Positions 37,574-49,860 of a stretch of DNA of 64,000 bases are shown in pieces. A program made the position numbers and the translations under genes. Under the pieces are notes generated by a model. That model had not been told where the DNA came from. It was given only the letters and a program-made list of their open reading frames with translations, and ran no database searches. Numbering within the stretch: the first letter of the stretch is position 1; the number at the start of each line of letters is the position of its first letter. This stretch comes from Octopus sinensis (taxonomy: Eukaryota): assembly GCF_006345805.1 (NCBI RefSeq), contig NC_042998.1, positions 57,288,001-57,352,000 on the forward strand. The letters are read 5' to 3'.

Positions 37574-38539
37574 ATATTTTTTAAAGTCTTACTTTGAAAA
37601 ATTGCATTCGGTGGGATTAGTAATATTTTTGGTAGAAATGACTAATTGTCCCTCTTAGCGTGTGGCATGTATGTATAATGCCTTCTGGCATGTATGTATA
37701 ATGCCCTCTATATATAAATTAATATGTTCAATAAGAAATAATTATTTTCGAAATTTTTTCTCTTATGAGGTTTTCACGCTATCTACCTGACAATTTCTTG
37801 TTAAGTTTTCCTTATTAAGTAGTTGTCCTTAATTGCTAAATTTGTATATGTATATATATAGAGAGAGATAGGGAGAGGGAGAGAGAGAGGTGGATAGGTT
37901 GATAGATAAATAACCAGAGTCTACACACTTAAAATAACTGCACTTCAAGTGTACATACTTCAGATACATTAAACAAATGATGGAGGTTGGTCTCCTTTGT
38001 TGTATGCATTTCAAGCAGAACTAATCTAACATCACAAACTTAATGACATTCTCCGTCTATGAATCTTGCTCCTTTTTATAGTTTATTGCAATCTCCTCCG
38101 GCGTCTTTTGTCTCGTGTTTGCCTGAACAATAAAATCATTCACTTCACGTTTTTCTTCAGGTAAAAGTAAAGAGGAAGCGAAATTATTCATTATATTTTT
38201 CACATTCTTAATTTCGTTCTTTGCATATTGAACTGTTCGTGCTTTGCTGCCTCGTCAGATGAATCCCTAGACCTCAACTTAATATTCATGTTCTATATCG
38301 TTGAACCTTTTGGAATTAAAATCCACAATAATTTTATGCAGAAAATTTATTTTGAACGACGTTTAACATAAAATACCAGAACTGAATGATTAGCAGAATC
38401 GGTAGAGAATCGCTGAAAGTGCCTTGTATTATTTAATTACATCTATTACTAACAGAAAACAGTCCGAAAGTCGTTTTTTTTTTATTAGCGATAATGATAA
38501 TCCCTTCAACTAGATACACAGAACCTGAAATTTTGTATG

Positions 38540-38715
38540 AGAGGGCTGTTCGATTACGTCGACCTCGGATGTCACCTAGTACTTATTTTATTCAACCCTA
38601 AAGAATGAAAGTCAAACTCGACCTCGACGGAATTTGAACTTAAAGCGTAAACCCGGAAGAAATGCTGCTTAGCACTTTGTCCGGCGTACTTATGATTCTG
38701 TCAGCTCGTTGTCTT
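38540..38715 (-). mobile_element. SINE family A copy
   Basis: GAATGAAAGTCAAACTCGACCTCGACGGAATTTGAACT...GCACTTTGTCCGGCGT is the reverse complement of the family A head. Confidence 0.8.
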
Positions 38716-39056
38716 AGTAATTAAAATACCAATTTTTAGAGATAAGTGAAGACATGCTATCTTACTAACTGGGAACGAGCAAAATTATATGACTAGTTAT
38801 CCTTTAACAATAAAAAAAAAAGTTTACGTATTAAAAATATGCATTTAAGATTTATTCAGCTCTCAGAGTGATAATATACTCTCAAATTATAATATGCTAT
38901 ATTGTCAAAATAGCTCAGTATATGGGTCAGACTGTTGGATGTTAGAATACGAGCTACACCAGGTTTTCATAGTAGAGCACAACATTTGTTTCTGCATCGA
39001 ACTCCAGCTTTAAGATGCTGAGTTTATATTCATATACCATTATAAATTATTATTCT

Positions 39057-39155
<99 letters not shown>

Positions 39156-39583
39156 AGTATGTATTTATATGACAGTCGAGACACAAGTGAAATAATTTGG
39201 TAATAAGTACTATGATTTTTGCTAATTGTTTTAAGCACCTTAGCGGTCATGAGCTGACACGATGAGCGTGCCAGTTATTTAGTCAGTGAAAGAGCCTTCC
39301 AGTTTGTATGTTAGCGGCAGACTATTATGCTTATCCATGTAGCCTTCACGTAATTCTCAAGATGCACTAACATGACAAAGTTTGACAAGACTAGACTCTT
39401 GGAATAAAGGTGCAATTCATCTGACGGGTTTCCAAATTGCTTAAATCTGCTCGATTTTTCCGCCGATGCACCGGCAACGCGAGTGTATGGTGAACAAAAC
39501 TATACTTCAAGATAACACTCAATAAGATCGAATCCGAGACCTCATGATTGTACGTGAATATCTTAACTATTTTGGGTTAGTAA

Positions 39584-39620
<37 letters not shown>

Positions 39621-39631
39621 GCACGCACACA

Positions 39632-40090
39632 CGTTGTGTTGACCAAAAAGTGTGTTCGATTTTTTAAGCGAAAATAAGACACAAGCTTTAAATATAAAGC
39701 GATTTATTCAATAAATGATAAAATTACCATTTTGTTGCAGTTTCCTCCACGATCTTGTGGCCAGATCCATTCTTCTCTGCTCAAGAAATTTCCTGTCTTT
39801 ACTGGCGTAAAATTCTTACAGGTGAATTTTTATATCTTCTTTACAGTTGAAGGTTTGTCCATTCAATTATTTTTGAAGAGGCCGAAACAAGTGGAAATCC
39901 TAGGGTGCAAGGTCAAACAAATATGGAGGGAGCAGTAAAACTTCCCAGCCAAGCCCTACTAACTTCTACCGTGATTGCAAAGGCATGTGCTGTCTGGCAT
40001 TGATTTGATACAAATCAATGCCCTTATGATAAGCAAGTGCTGAACACTTCTGGTGGATCACTGTATTTAATCTGTCCAGTCGGTCATTGT
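39632..40090 (-). mobile_element. Mariner transposase 3' fragment
   Basis: Minus strand WEVLLLPPYLFDLAP*DFHLFRPLQK*LNGQTF, a decayed YSPDLAPxDxxLF motif. Confidence 0.8.
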
Positions 40091-40643
40091 ACACATTCGA
40101 ACTGATGGATCCGTCCGCGCGCGTACGCGCGTGTGTACAGGAATGTTTAAATATATATTAATATATATTATTATATTTATATAAGTGTGTATATATGAAT
40201 GTATATATATGTATACATACATACATATGAAATGTAAAACTCACTGTCTCAAAAGATTTGAATTATATTCTGCAGCGTCGTTCTCTGTGTGCATTTGTAT
40301 GCAAATATAAGTTACGGAAACGGGCTTTATGAAGGACGCAAAGGAATCTTTTTTACCAATATTTGTAATATATTTCCATTTGGTCTCGATCAGTTTAGCT
40401 TTCCCAGAAATTACATTTCTCTCGAAGTTTTCAACATTAACCAAAATTTCAAGCCTCATGTCTTGGTGATGTCAAAATATGTCCTAATAATACTCCGTTA
40501 AATATACCATGAAAATACGTGAGTTTTGAATTTAAATAGCATATATTTTTGTATGACAGTTACATGTTGATGATTTTTCTGAAGTTGCGTCCAACTTTAG
40601 AGTGAGTTTTACTTGCATACATACATGTATGTATGTATGTATG

Positions 40644-40677
<34 letters not shown>

Positions 40678-40776
40678 TGTATGTATGTATGTATGTATAT
40701 ACTACTTGTACTTGTGGCAACATTCACCCTGGGCGGGTTGAATCGGCTTCTTCTACTCATGGAAGAACTTTCATGG

Positions 40777-41087
40777 GAATATGTGGATTTCACAAGCGGT
40801 CCCCAACAATCCCGCATATGGAGACATCCTGTTTGCCGCAGATTGTCCGCAGACGCAGGAACAGAACGACCGAGGAGCCGCCAGTTGCCGAAGCAGACTC
40901 TTCGAGGATTTTCACCAGAGCCCCGTTTGCCGGGTTGTGGCCCTAATACCACTCGGTGTCACACTAATCCGCCTTGGATGGCCCTACCAGGAACCGAAGT
41001 TCCCGACGGCATAGCTCTGACACTACCCGTTGCCAGCGTCCCCACGTTATGTACGTATGTATGTACGTATGTATGTATGTGTATATA

Positions 41088-41126
<39 letters not shown>

Positions 41127-41136
41127 TGTGTATATG

Positions 41137-41190
<54 letters not shown>

Positions 41191-41211
41191 CATATACACA
41201 GACTATATATA

Positions 41212-41269
<58 letters not shown>

Positions 41270-41577
41270 ATATATACACATACATACATACGTACATACA
41301 TACGTACATAACGTGGGGACGCTGGCAACGGGTAGTGTCAGAGCTATGCCGTCGGGAACTTCGGTTCCTGGTAGGGCCATCCAAGGCGGATTAGTGGTGA
41401 CACCGAGTGGTATTAGGGCCACAACCCGGCAACGGGGCTCTGGTGAAAATCCTCGAAGAGTCTGCTTCGGCAACTGGCGGCTCCTCGGTCGTTCTGTTCC
41501 TGCGTCTGCGGACAATCTGCGGCAAACAGGATGTCTCCATATGCGGATTGTTGGGGACCGCTTGTGAAATCCACATA
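40777..41577. repeat. Near-perfect inverted duplication with ~300-bp GC-rich arms (40777-41075 / 41290-41577) around a (TA)n spacer
   Basis: The arms are reverse complements differing essentially by single-base indels (CCCCGTTTGCC vs CCCCGTTGCC; GTCACACTA vs GTCACCACTA; AATCCCGC vs AATCCGC). Confidence 0.95.
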
Positions 41578-41674
41578 TTATATATATAATATATATATAT
41601 ATATACATGTATGTATGTATGTATGTATCTATCTATATACATACATATTATATATATATATATATATATATTAT

Positions 41675-41742
<68 letters not shown>

Positions 41743-41824
41743 ATGTATGTATGTATCTATCTATATACATACATATTATATATATATATATATATATATA
41801 TTATACACACCACACACACACACA

Positions 41825-41867
<43 letters not shown>

Positions 41868-43574
41868 AATATATATATATATATAATATATATATATGCT
41901 GGTTGCTTAAATGCTGAGGGGCTGAACGTAGGACGCAAAGGTAATTGCTACAATACTGTCATAGCAACTGGAGTATTACTGTTGCTATCTTAGCTTATTA
42001 AATATCACATCGAGAACAGAGATATTTGAGAAGGATATTGAAATCCTGCAGTTTCACACAACTGGTTGGAAAAGTTGACAAAAGACAAGGCAGAACGTAT
42101 ACATATTAGAAGCATTAAACTAATTAAAAACTGACCAACTGTTTGTGGTGTTTAGTGCCGAGATCAAACCCACTTCAACGATAATAAAATAATACTCAAG
42201 AGAAATAACAGCTAATTTGTTCATGAACAATTCGGTTTTGTATTTGTCTGTTTTGTATTTGATACTTATCAACCATAGTAATTGATCTATTTGTCTAGGA
42301 TTGCATGGAATTGTTGAGGTGACGTAAACGTCTGAGGGACAGGCGCGTTCAATCAATGAATTAATCAATATTGTACTTATCTCAAGCAAATATAATAAAT
42401 ATAGTTCGTTGCCAGATTCATAATAATTAAAAGTTTGTGTTGAGAGGCAATTTATCATATCGATGTTAAGGATGGGTAAAATAGGAGACTGGATATTCAT
42501 GTCATTTCCATGGGTTTAGTCAGGTAAAGTAGGTGAAATAGTTAAGACTAAGATAGTGAAAGTTTATCTTCTGTAGCACTGTGGGCAGAATATACCAGTG
42601 TTTAATTCAATATCTTACATTTTTACGTACAAATTCTACACACCATGTCTACTGCTTTCCATTTCAGCATGGACCAATAAAATAGATGCCAGCAACGCCC
42701 TAGGATAGGTTCTGTCAATTATGTTTTCAGTTAAAATAGTCTCTTATCTCGTAAAATGGACTACTCCTCTTGGATTTCCTTTTCTGTCAAATATTCCTGG
42801 AAGTTAGAGTCATGTAATTAAATTTTCTATACTTGGAGATATGCCAGTCAATTTCTCGAGGTCTTTTTTTTATTATGATTCTGTCAATTTTCATTACTAT
42901 CTCATTTATTACAGATCTGTTGATGTTTAGCGATTAGTAACAGAGCGACTGTACCCAATTATTTGGACCAATATTTCTGTATTTATTATCGATCTTTCGA
43001 AGATGAAACTTACTTCAAGTACACTATATACATAATAAAGAAATCTATCTTAGCTATAATGCCATTTTTATTGCGGAAGAAGATATAATTTAGCGAATAA
43101 AACCTAATTATATTATTCATTTATTTGACTAGACACAAATCCAATTGTATGAAGTTATTGAGTCAACACCGTTATACCACTGGCATTTATTTCACAGACT
43201 CCCTAGAATGACAGAATAAAATAAGAAAGAGGTCGCCTACTGTGACGTTAGAATTGAGAACATTAAACAATCATAATAATGCTAAGTGTCCCAGAATATT
43301 ATAAAGAAAGAGAAATAGACAATTGAATCAACTTGAGTTATTTTTATTTGTTCCCATACTTGCTAAAACAATCTCAGGATAAGTAAACAATACAAGTTCG
43401 ACGCCAACAGCGTTTGAACTTTGAAAGATTGATGTGATAGAATAAGTTAACAGTAGAAGCATTTTTTGTCTACTATTTAGCATATTGATTCCACTAGATC
43501 AATAAATACTATATTGATTACAGTAGATCAAGACAATATAATATTATTGCGCATATACATATATATATATATAT

Positions 43575-46500
43575 ATAATTTAGTTTTGGGGATTAATAGA
43601 TATGCGGGTATTCTATTTCAGGTAATACAAAAAATAACCTAATGAGTATATCCGAAACTAAACTCATGGTATCCATTTGCCCATCACAAAATAATACTTA
43701 ACGGACATAACCATTATATCATCAGGGTATATACTATACTTCCTTAATTATCTCCTACTTTAGTTACCACTAAATTATATAAGGCCGTATCATACGCCAT
43801 ATCATACGCCGTATTATTTGAAGAAGTTAAAGTCGTGTTGGACGCGAGGAAGTCTATTATAAAATATAAAGATAAACTATGGGCAAGAAAAGACACAAGA
43901 GATTGTTTTTATATACCCATGGGTGCCCCAGATTGTGCCCAGGTTACCGATCTTGTAGGTTTATATATCTTATCTGAAGTGGAAAGAGAATTTACGAATA
44001 TAGAGGGTGGTCTTTAAAGGGACGACCTATTACTTATAACCAGGAATTGTACCAATACCAATACGTCATTAGAACCCCTTAAGAAGAAAATGTACAAGTT
44101 ATTTAAGAATAATGGCCTAGGAATATCTATAGAGAATGCGCATTATGCAGTAAATTATCTAGACGTCAACCTTAATCTAGTCACTAATAAGAACCATCCA
44201 TTCCATAAGTTGAATGAAAATCTAAAGTATATTAGTTATTTTAGTAACCATCCTAGATCAATTAAAGAAGCTTTAATAGATAATATAGGCAAAAGAATAT
44301 CTAGGCTATCCTCAGATTATGACACTTTTAATATACATGCCCCATATTATAAAAAAGCATTAAAAGAAGCAGGATATAGCATTAATATAAAATCCTATAA
44401 TTATTACGAACGCGTTAATAATAATAAAATAAGTAATCCTAATAAAACTAATAATAATTCTAACAGTAAAAATATGAATAATGATGATACAAGATAATAT
44501 AACAAACTAAAAAAAGATAAAAATAATATAGTTGTTATTTATGATTACAATAATAATAGTAATATTGATAATGAGAATATGAGCAATAATAAGAAAGAGA
44601 GGAAACTGTACAAGCAGAGATGTAATATACCAAAGAACAACAATTTAATGCCGATGAGGTCTAATGATTATAATATAAAAAATAAAAAAAATAAAAAGGA
44701 TATTATATGGCTAATTATTCCGTATGGGGCTCAAGTGGTGACTAATATTATTAAGAAGACACTTAAAATTGTAAAAAATGGTTTTTAAAAAGGACAACAG
44801 TTATTCAAATATATTTTCCAATAAAACAATTAGAGTGGGATAGTCAACATCGAGAAATATAGATAATATTATTTCCTCTATAAATAATACGAAATTAAAT
44901 AATTATTTTAATAGCATAATAAATAATAGCTTTAGCAATAATATAACCGATAGTGATAAAAGTCTTAATCAACATATAGAAAAATGCTCATGTCGTGATA
45001 AGACTAAATGTAAGTTGTCTGATAACAGTAATATTAATAATATAATTAATAAATGTATAGTAAGCTCTAAGAGCAATAATAATGAAATTATAAATAAGGC
45101 TTATATTGGATCAAGAGCTAATGAAATTTAAAAAAGAATATCCCAACACTACCAGACCATCAAAAATCATAATTTAAGTTAGTCCACAGGCTTAAGTAAA
45201 TATGTATGGGAATTAAAATCTAGAAAAAAAGAGTACACCCTTAGGTGGAGTATGATAAGTAGAGCCCACTCCTATAATGTTGGGAATAAATTGTGTTTAT
45301 TATGCATAACAGAATTGATGAAACTACTACAGTTTAGAGATGGTTTATTAAACACATATGATGGACGTGAATGAAATGTTGGCACCGAAGTAATTTTACT
45401 TTCAATAAAATGAAATACTGAACCCCCTCTGAATCAAATATCCACATAATTTTATTTATACAGCCCTCGTATAGACTATATAAATAAATAAATGAATTAA
45501 ATATTACAAAAATCATATAATAACAAATTACATATATCTCTCAACATAGGTAAATTGAAGATAATAATAGAGGATAGTTTAAATTTAAACTATGCATAGG
45601 GTAATTGCCCCTCCCCCCTGGTACTAATCACTTATAAATTCCCATAGTTCCCCGCTATCTTCTTCCGCTAATTGCCATTTTGAAAAGTAATCCTGGTAAC
45701 AGCAAAAAAGGAAGATATATATTTGAATTTTTCTTAATATATTTCACATTTTTATTCTGAAGTATACTTTTATATCTTATAATTTGTATTTGACATTATA
45801 TACTTGATTTTACTAGGTTGATATATATATATACTAATTCATGTTTATAATGTATGATATATAAATTTTAATTTTTAATATTACAAAGTATAATTTTAAT
45901 TTTTAATTTTAATCTTTAATGCTTAATTTTATTTCTTATTTTTGAAAGGGATGTAAAATTAACATTATAATATTTGGAATAGAATGTGTTGGAATAATTG
46001 TAAGTCTGATGATTGCACATATGTATTTATATATGCATATATATACATGTGTGGAGGCGCAATGGTTAGGGCAGCGGACTCGCGGTCGTAGGATTGCGGT
46101 TTCGATTCCCAGACCGGGCGTTGTGAGTGTTTATTGAGCGAAAACACCTAAAAGCTCCACGAGGCTCCGGCAGGGGGTGGTGATCCCTGCTGTACTCTTT
46201 CACCACTCTTTCTCCGACTCTTTCTTCTGTTGGCCTGCTCGCTTAACCAGCGGGGTGGCGTCATTCGAAGGCTAAAACAATGCAAACGCATTGTGACCAG
46301 CGATGTGTAACAACATCTGATGGTCTGGTCGGTCACGTGATCACGTGATATATACATGTATACAATTGTGTGTATGTATATATTGAAATCTTCCAATCCT
46401 GAAACCCGTGTAGTTCCTTCATATTTAGATAATTTAGTAGTAACTACAGTACTAGATAATTAAAGAAGTATAGTATATAATCTGGTGGTATAATGGTTAT

Positions 46501-46630
46501 GTCCTTTAGGTATTATTTTATGATGTGCAAATGGATACCGTGAGTTTACTTTCAGATATACTCATTAGGTTATTTTCTTGTGTTATTTGAAATAGAATAC
46601 CCGTATATCTATTAATCCCAAAACTGAATA
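43575..46630 (+). mobile_element. Penelope-like element (RT + GIY-YIG), 5'-truncated and decayed, with an inverted terminal copy of its tail
   Basis: RT: FYIPMGAPDCAQVTDLVGLYIL...GGL*RDDLL, NYLDVNLNL, YFSNHP. GIY-YIG-like region: KCIVSS...KAYIGS...STGLSKYVWELK...WSMI..AHSYN....CLLC. Segment 43575-43782 is the reverse complement of 46425-46630. Confidence 0.9.
46051..46347 (+). mobile_element. SINE family C copy (third tail type) with 12-bp TSD, inserted in the PLE tail
   Basis: ATATATACATGT at 46039-46050 and 46348-46359; the head matches 2094 and 17136. Confidence 0.92.
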
Positions 46631-46780
46631 ATTTTTTACTTTTATTAGATATTTTGTATATTTCTAGATAAATATATAAATATATGATAAAGAAGAACCC
46701 AGGGTACGATATGCAGATGCATGTAATGCTGAAGGGTTGTACCTGATTGATTTACAAATTCAATTTCCCAAGTAATTTAA

Positions 46781-46859
<79 letters not shown>

Positions 46860-46860
<1 letters not shown>

Positions 46861-47075
46861 GTTTGTGTATGTGTGTCTATGTCATTGTGTTTGTCCTCCA
46901 ACATCGTTTGACAAACGATGTTGGTTTGTTTACATTCCCGTAACATAGCGGTTCGGCAAATGTGGCCTATAGACTAGGTACCAGACCTGAAAAAAAGTAC
47001 TGGAGTCTTCTTGTTCGACTAAAGGGCTGGCCCAGCATGGTCACAGTCCAATGACTGAAACAAGTGAAATACAAG
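46860..47075 (+). mobile_element. SINE family D 3' half
   Basis: GTGTTTGTCCTCCAACATCGTTTGACAAACGATG...ATGACTGAAACAAGTGAAA. Confidence 0.8.
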
Positions 47076-49030
47076 ACAGATTATGTCAAACTTTTCTTGA
47101 GACGTAGAGTAGTTAAGACATTAATAAAACATTCCTTTGTTTCTCTTTTAAAACAGGTGTATCTAATTTGAGGATTATTTAACTGTTATTTCAAGCAGAT
47201 AATATAATCCGCCCTAATGAAATCCTGTCCGTACATATAGCACTGCTCTGCCGCAGCACACAGGAATATGTTTTGTCATACCTTCAGAACAATATCATCG
47301 GTTGGATTGGCTACAATTCATTCACATACTTCAAACACTGATTCAAAGACATGCTATCTTCTCATTGTACCTTTTCTACTGCAACTACAGTATCCTCTAT
47401 CCTTTATAACTCGTTAATTTCGTACCGTTTTCTCTTGGGTAATCTCAATTCAGTCGTCTATTTTCTTCTCGTGAACCATAACAAGCCTTGTGTAAACTAC
47501 GTCTATCTTCATAATTCTCTCTTTATCGTAGGTCTACACTTATTTAAGAGTAATATGAAATGCGTCGAATTTAACTGACTCAAATGCCTGCGAGTACCAT
47601 GGCCCTTCTTTTTGTCTCCACATCAAAAAATATTTAATGAAAATATAAAGATTAAACAAAATATACCGGATTGACCTCGCTGGTTTCTAAGCATCTACGA
47701 AAGCCATGAGAACAACATATTATCTAAACCAAAAAATAAAAAAGAAATCTTGAAAAGAAAAATAAATAAAAGAAGATAGACTCTCGCTTCAACGAGATTT
47801 CAAGTTATAAATACATTTGAAATACATTATTAGCAAATGCTAACATTTCAAGTGTTGCGTTTTATTATTGCGATCATCTTCTCCAGTGATGTTGGCAGAA
47901 CAGAACCTACAATAGATCAATTAATTAAAGTCATAATTATCCATCTTGATCAATAAATAAATCCAGCACAATTGGTATCTAAAGTTACGAACCAGCGTGT
48001 GAGGCGACTAGGTGCCTGTTAAACCTGCTAGAAGCAAGCAAACGTTTCCTCAAGTCATGCACAATTGTCTTTTAAAGAGAGCACGTTAGATAATGCTGTG
48101 AAATATAAAATACATAAAAAAACAGGATGGTCATAGCAAGACCATCTTTCATCATATTTCTTTTCCTCGTGTAGCTCGAGCTGGCCTGGGGTAAACAAAA
48201 ATCATCGTCTACTACTAATATATTTACAAGTAGTAATATTACAATAATTATTTTATCTAACATCTGTCTTTTTCACGTTGAAGTTAATTTTCATTAATCA
48301 TTATATGAGAGTTATGTGTTTGAGCTAAGTAAATGGCATTTCTAACTTATGAAATTATGTTTAAAATATTGGATAATCACTTATGAGAGTGACGTCAGCG
48401 TTGTCAAGATAACTGAGCAACAGTAAATAGTATAAGACGCCGCAATCAGATGGAGTCATACGCACTGATTGAACTAAGTCCATTTATTATACTCATGTGT
48501 AGCAATAATGAACACTGACTAACGAATTTAATTCTGGCTAGACAACACATGCATGCATGCACACACGCACACACACACTCAACAAATTAAATAGCGTAAT
48601 ATATAAAATGCGATAATATATTGATATATAAATATCCATATCAACATACTGCCGACATCTTGATATAAAACTAATTATATTATCAAAGGAATTGAATATC
48701 TCAATATAGTTGGAACAAGAGACTCTATATGTTAAGATATTAAAACAAATATTCGGATAAAACTGAAGTTACATATTAATTCATGAGTGGAGAAACGCGG
48801 GGGTACTAAAAGGGGCACGGCTGTAGGTAAAAGAAAATACAGGAAAATAGTTTATTTATGATTCTATTCAACATATTCAACTCTCAGAGTCATAGAATTA
48901 TTGCAGCGCTTCAGTATTTCGAAGCCCTGTAAAAGAACTCGGAAATTTGGGCCTTCAACCAGGACTTTGCTTTTCGTGATACACTTAAAGCCATGAATTT
49001 TTTTTCAGTACCTCCTTCTATAGATATGTA

Positions 49031-49860
49031 TACAGGGTGCAGTGAATATATTTTCGTCTAAATTACGCAAAAATAAAAATAGCAATCACGTCTCATTTTA
49101 ACATATATCTTTTCCAAATTTTCAAAAAAATTTCTTGAAATACTAAAGAGTAAATTTATTCAATAAAATTGCCATTAGTTTCAACCACAGCCTCCAGACG
49201 ACTTCCAAAGCTTCTGCAATTTTTCTGGACGATCTCCTTGTTGAAGTTGGTGTTTAAACTGCCATAATCCTTGCCTTCATTTCATCATTGATGTTACCAG
49301 GAGTTTTGTTAGTCTCTCGCTCGACTGCGCCCCACACATAATAATCAAGGGGTTGCAGTCTGGGAAGTTAGGTGACCAGATTTTAGGGGTGATGTGGTCG
49401 CAGAAATTATCTCACAGCCATGACTGGGTTCTCCTGCTTATGTGGCATGGTGCAGAGTCCTATTGCCAGTCATAGGATCTTCTAGCAGCCACCTTCTTGA
49501 CCCAGGGCAGCACTACCTGCTCCAAGAACCTGATGTAGGGCTCCATGTTGAGTCTGAGGCCGTGTGGGAAGAGCAATGTGAGGTGTATGATAAAAAAAAT
49601 TGTAATTAACCTATTAGGATTGAAAGTGGAGCTTCTAGTAGATGTTGGGATTGGAGATGTGAAAGACGTCAGGCATGTTTGGAGTGTTATTTTGTTGCCA
49701 GGGATGCGTTTAGGGAATGAAATTAGCTGAATGCGTTCTTTAAAGATTACCAAGAAATCGGTATCTGCACCGCCAGTGTCAGTTTGGAATATGAGGTTCA
49801 CTAAGCGCGATTCGAAGCGTAGAGAATAGAGCTAAATATGTAGACGAAAACATGTGGGTG
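49031..49860 (-). mobile_element. Tc1/mariner superfamily (maT/DD37D-like) transposon relic
   Basis: Minus strand VLPWVKKVAARRSYDWQ*DSAPCH...IWSPNFPDCNPLDYYVWGAVE; terminal TA-CAGGGTG at 49031. Confidence 0.85.

Larger units (their letters stand above)
35149..37843 (+). repeat. Tandem array of ~479-bp non-coding units (~5.6 copies), each carrying a hammerhead ribozyme (retrozyme-like)
   Basis: CTGATGA cores start at 35149, 35628, 36107, 36586, 37057 and 37533 (spacing 479, 479, 479, 471, 476). The units are nearly identical, and the ORF track shows no ORF lying within the array. Confidence 0.97.

Noticed and set aside
35149-37843. Array as CRISPR or as a coding tandem gene cluster
   Set aside because: Whole units are repeated with no unique spacers, there are no cas genes, the context is eukaryotic, and the unit has no ORF.
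40990-41040. HDV-like ribozyme in the inverted-duplication arm
   Set aside because: A UUCG-capped hairpin after GG is suggestive, but I could not assign P2, P3 or P1.1; left as a test only.
42120-42500. 126-aa minus-strand ORF as a host exon
   Set aside because: No recognisable domain or splice context; compatible with a chance ORF, though a database search was not possible.
48390-48397. Perfect CRE site TGACGTCA
   Set aside because: A single 8-mer is expected by chance in 64 kb and has no supporting context.
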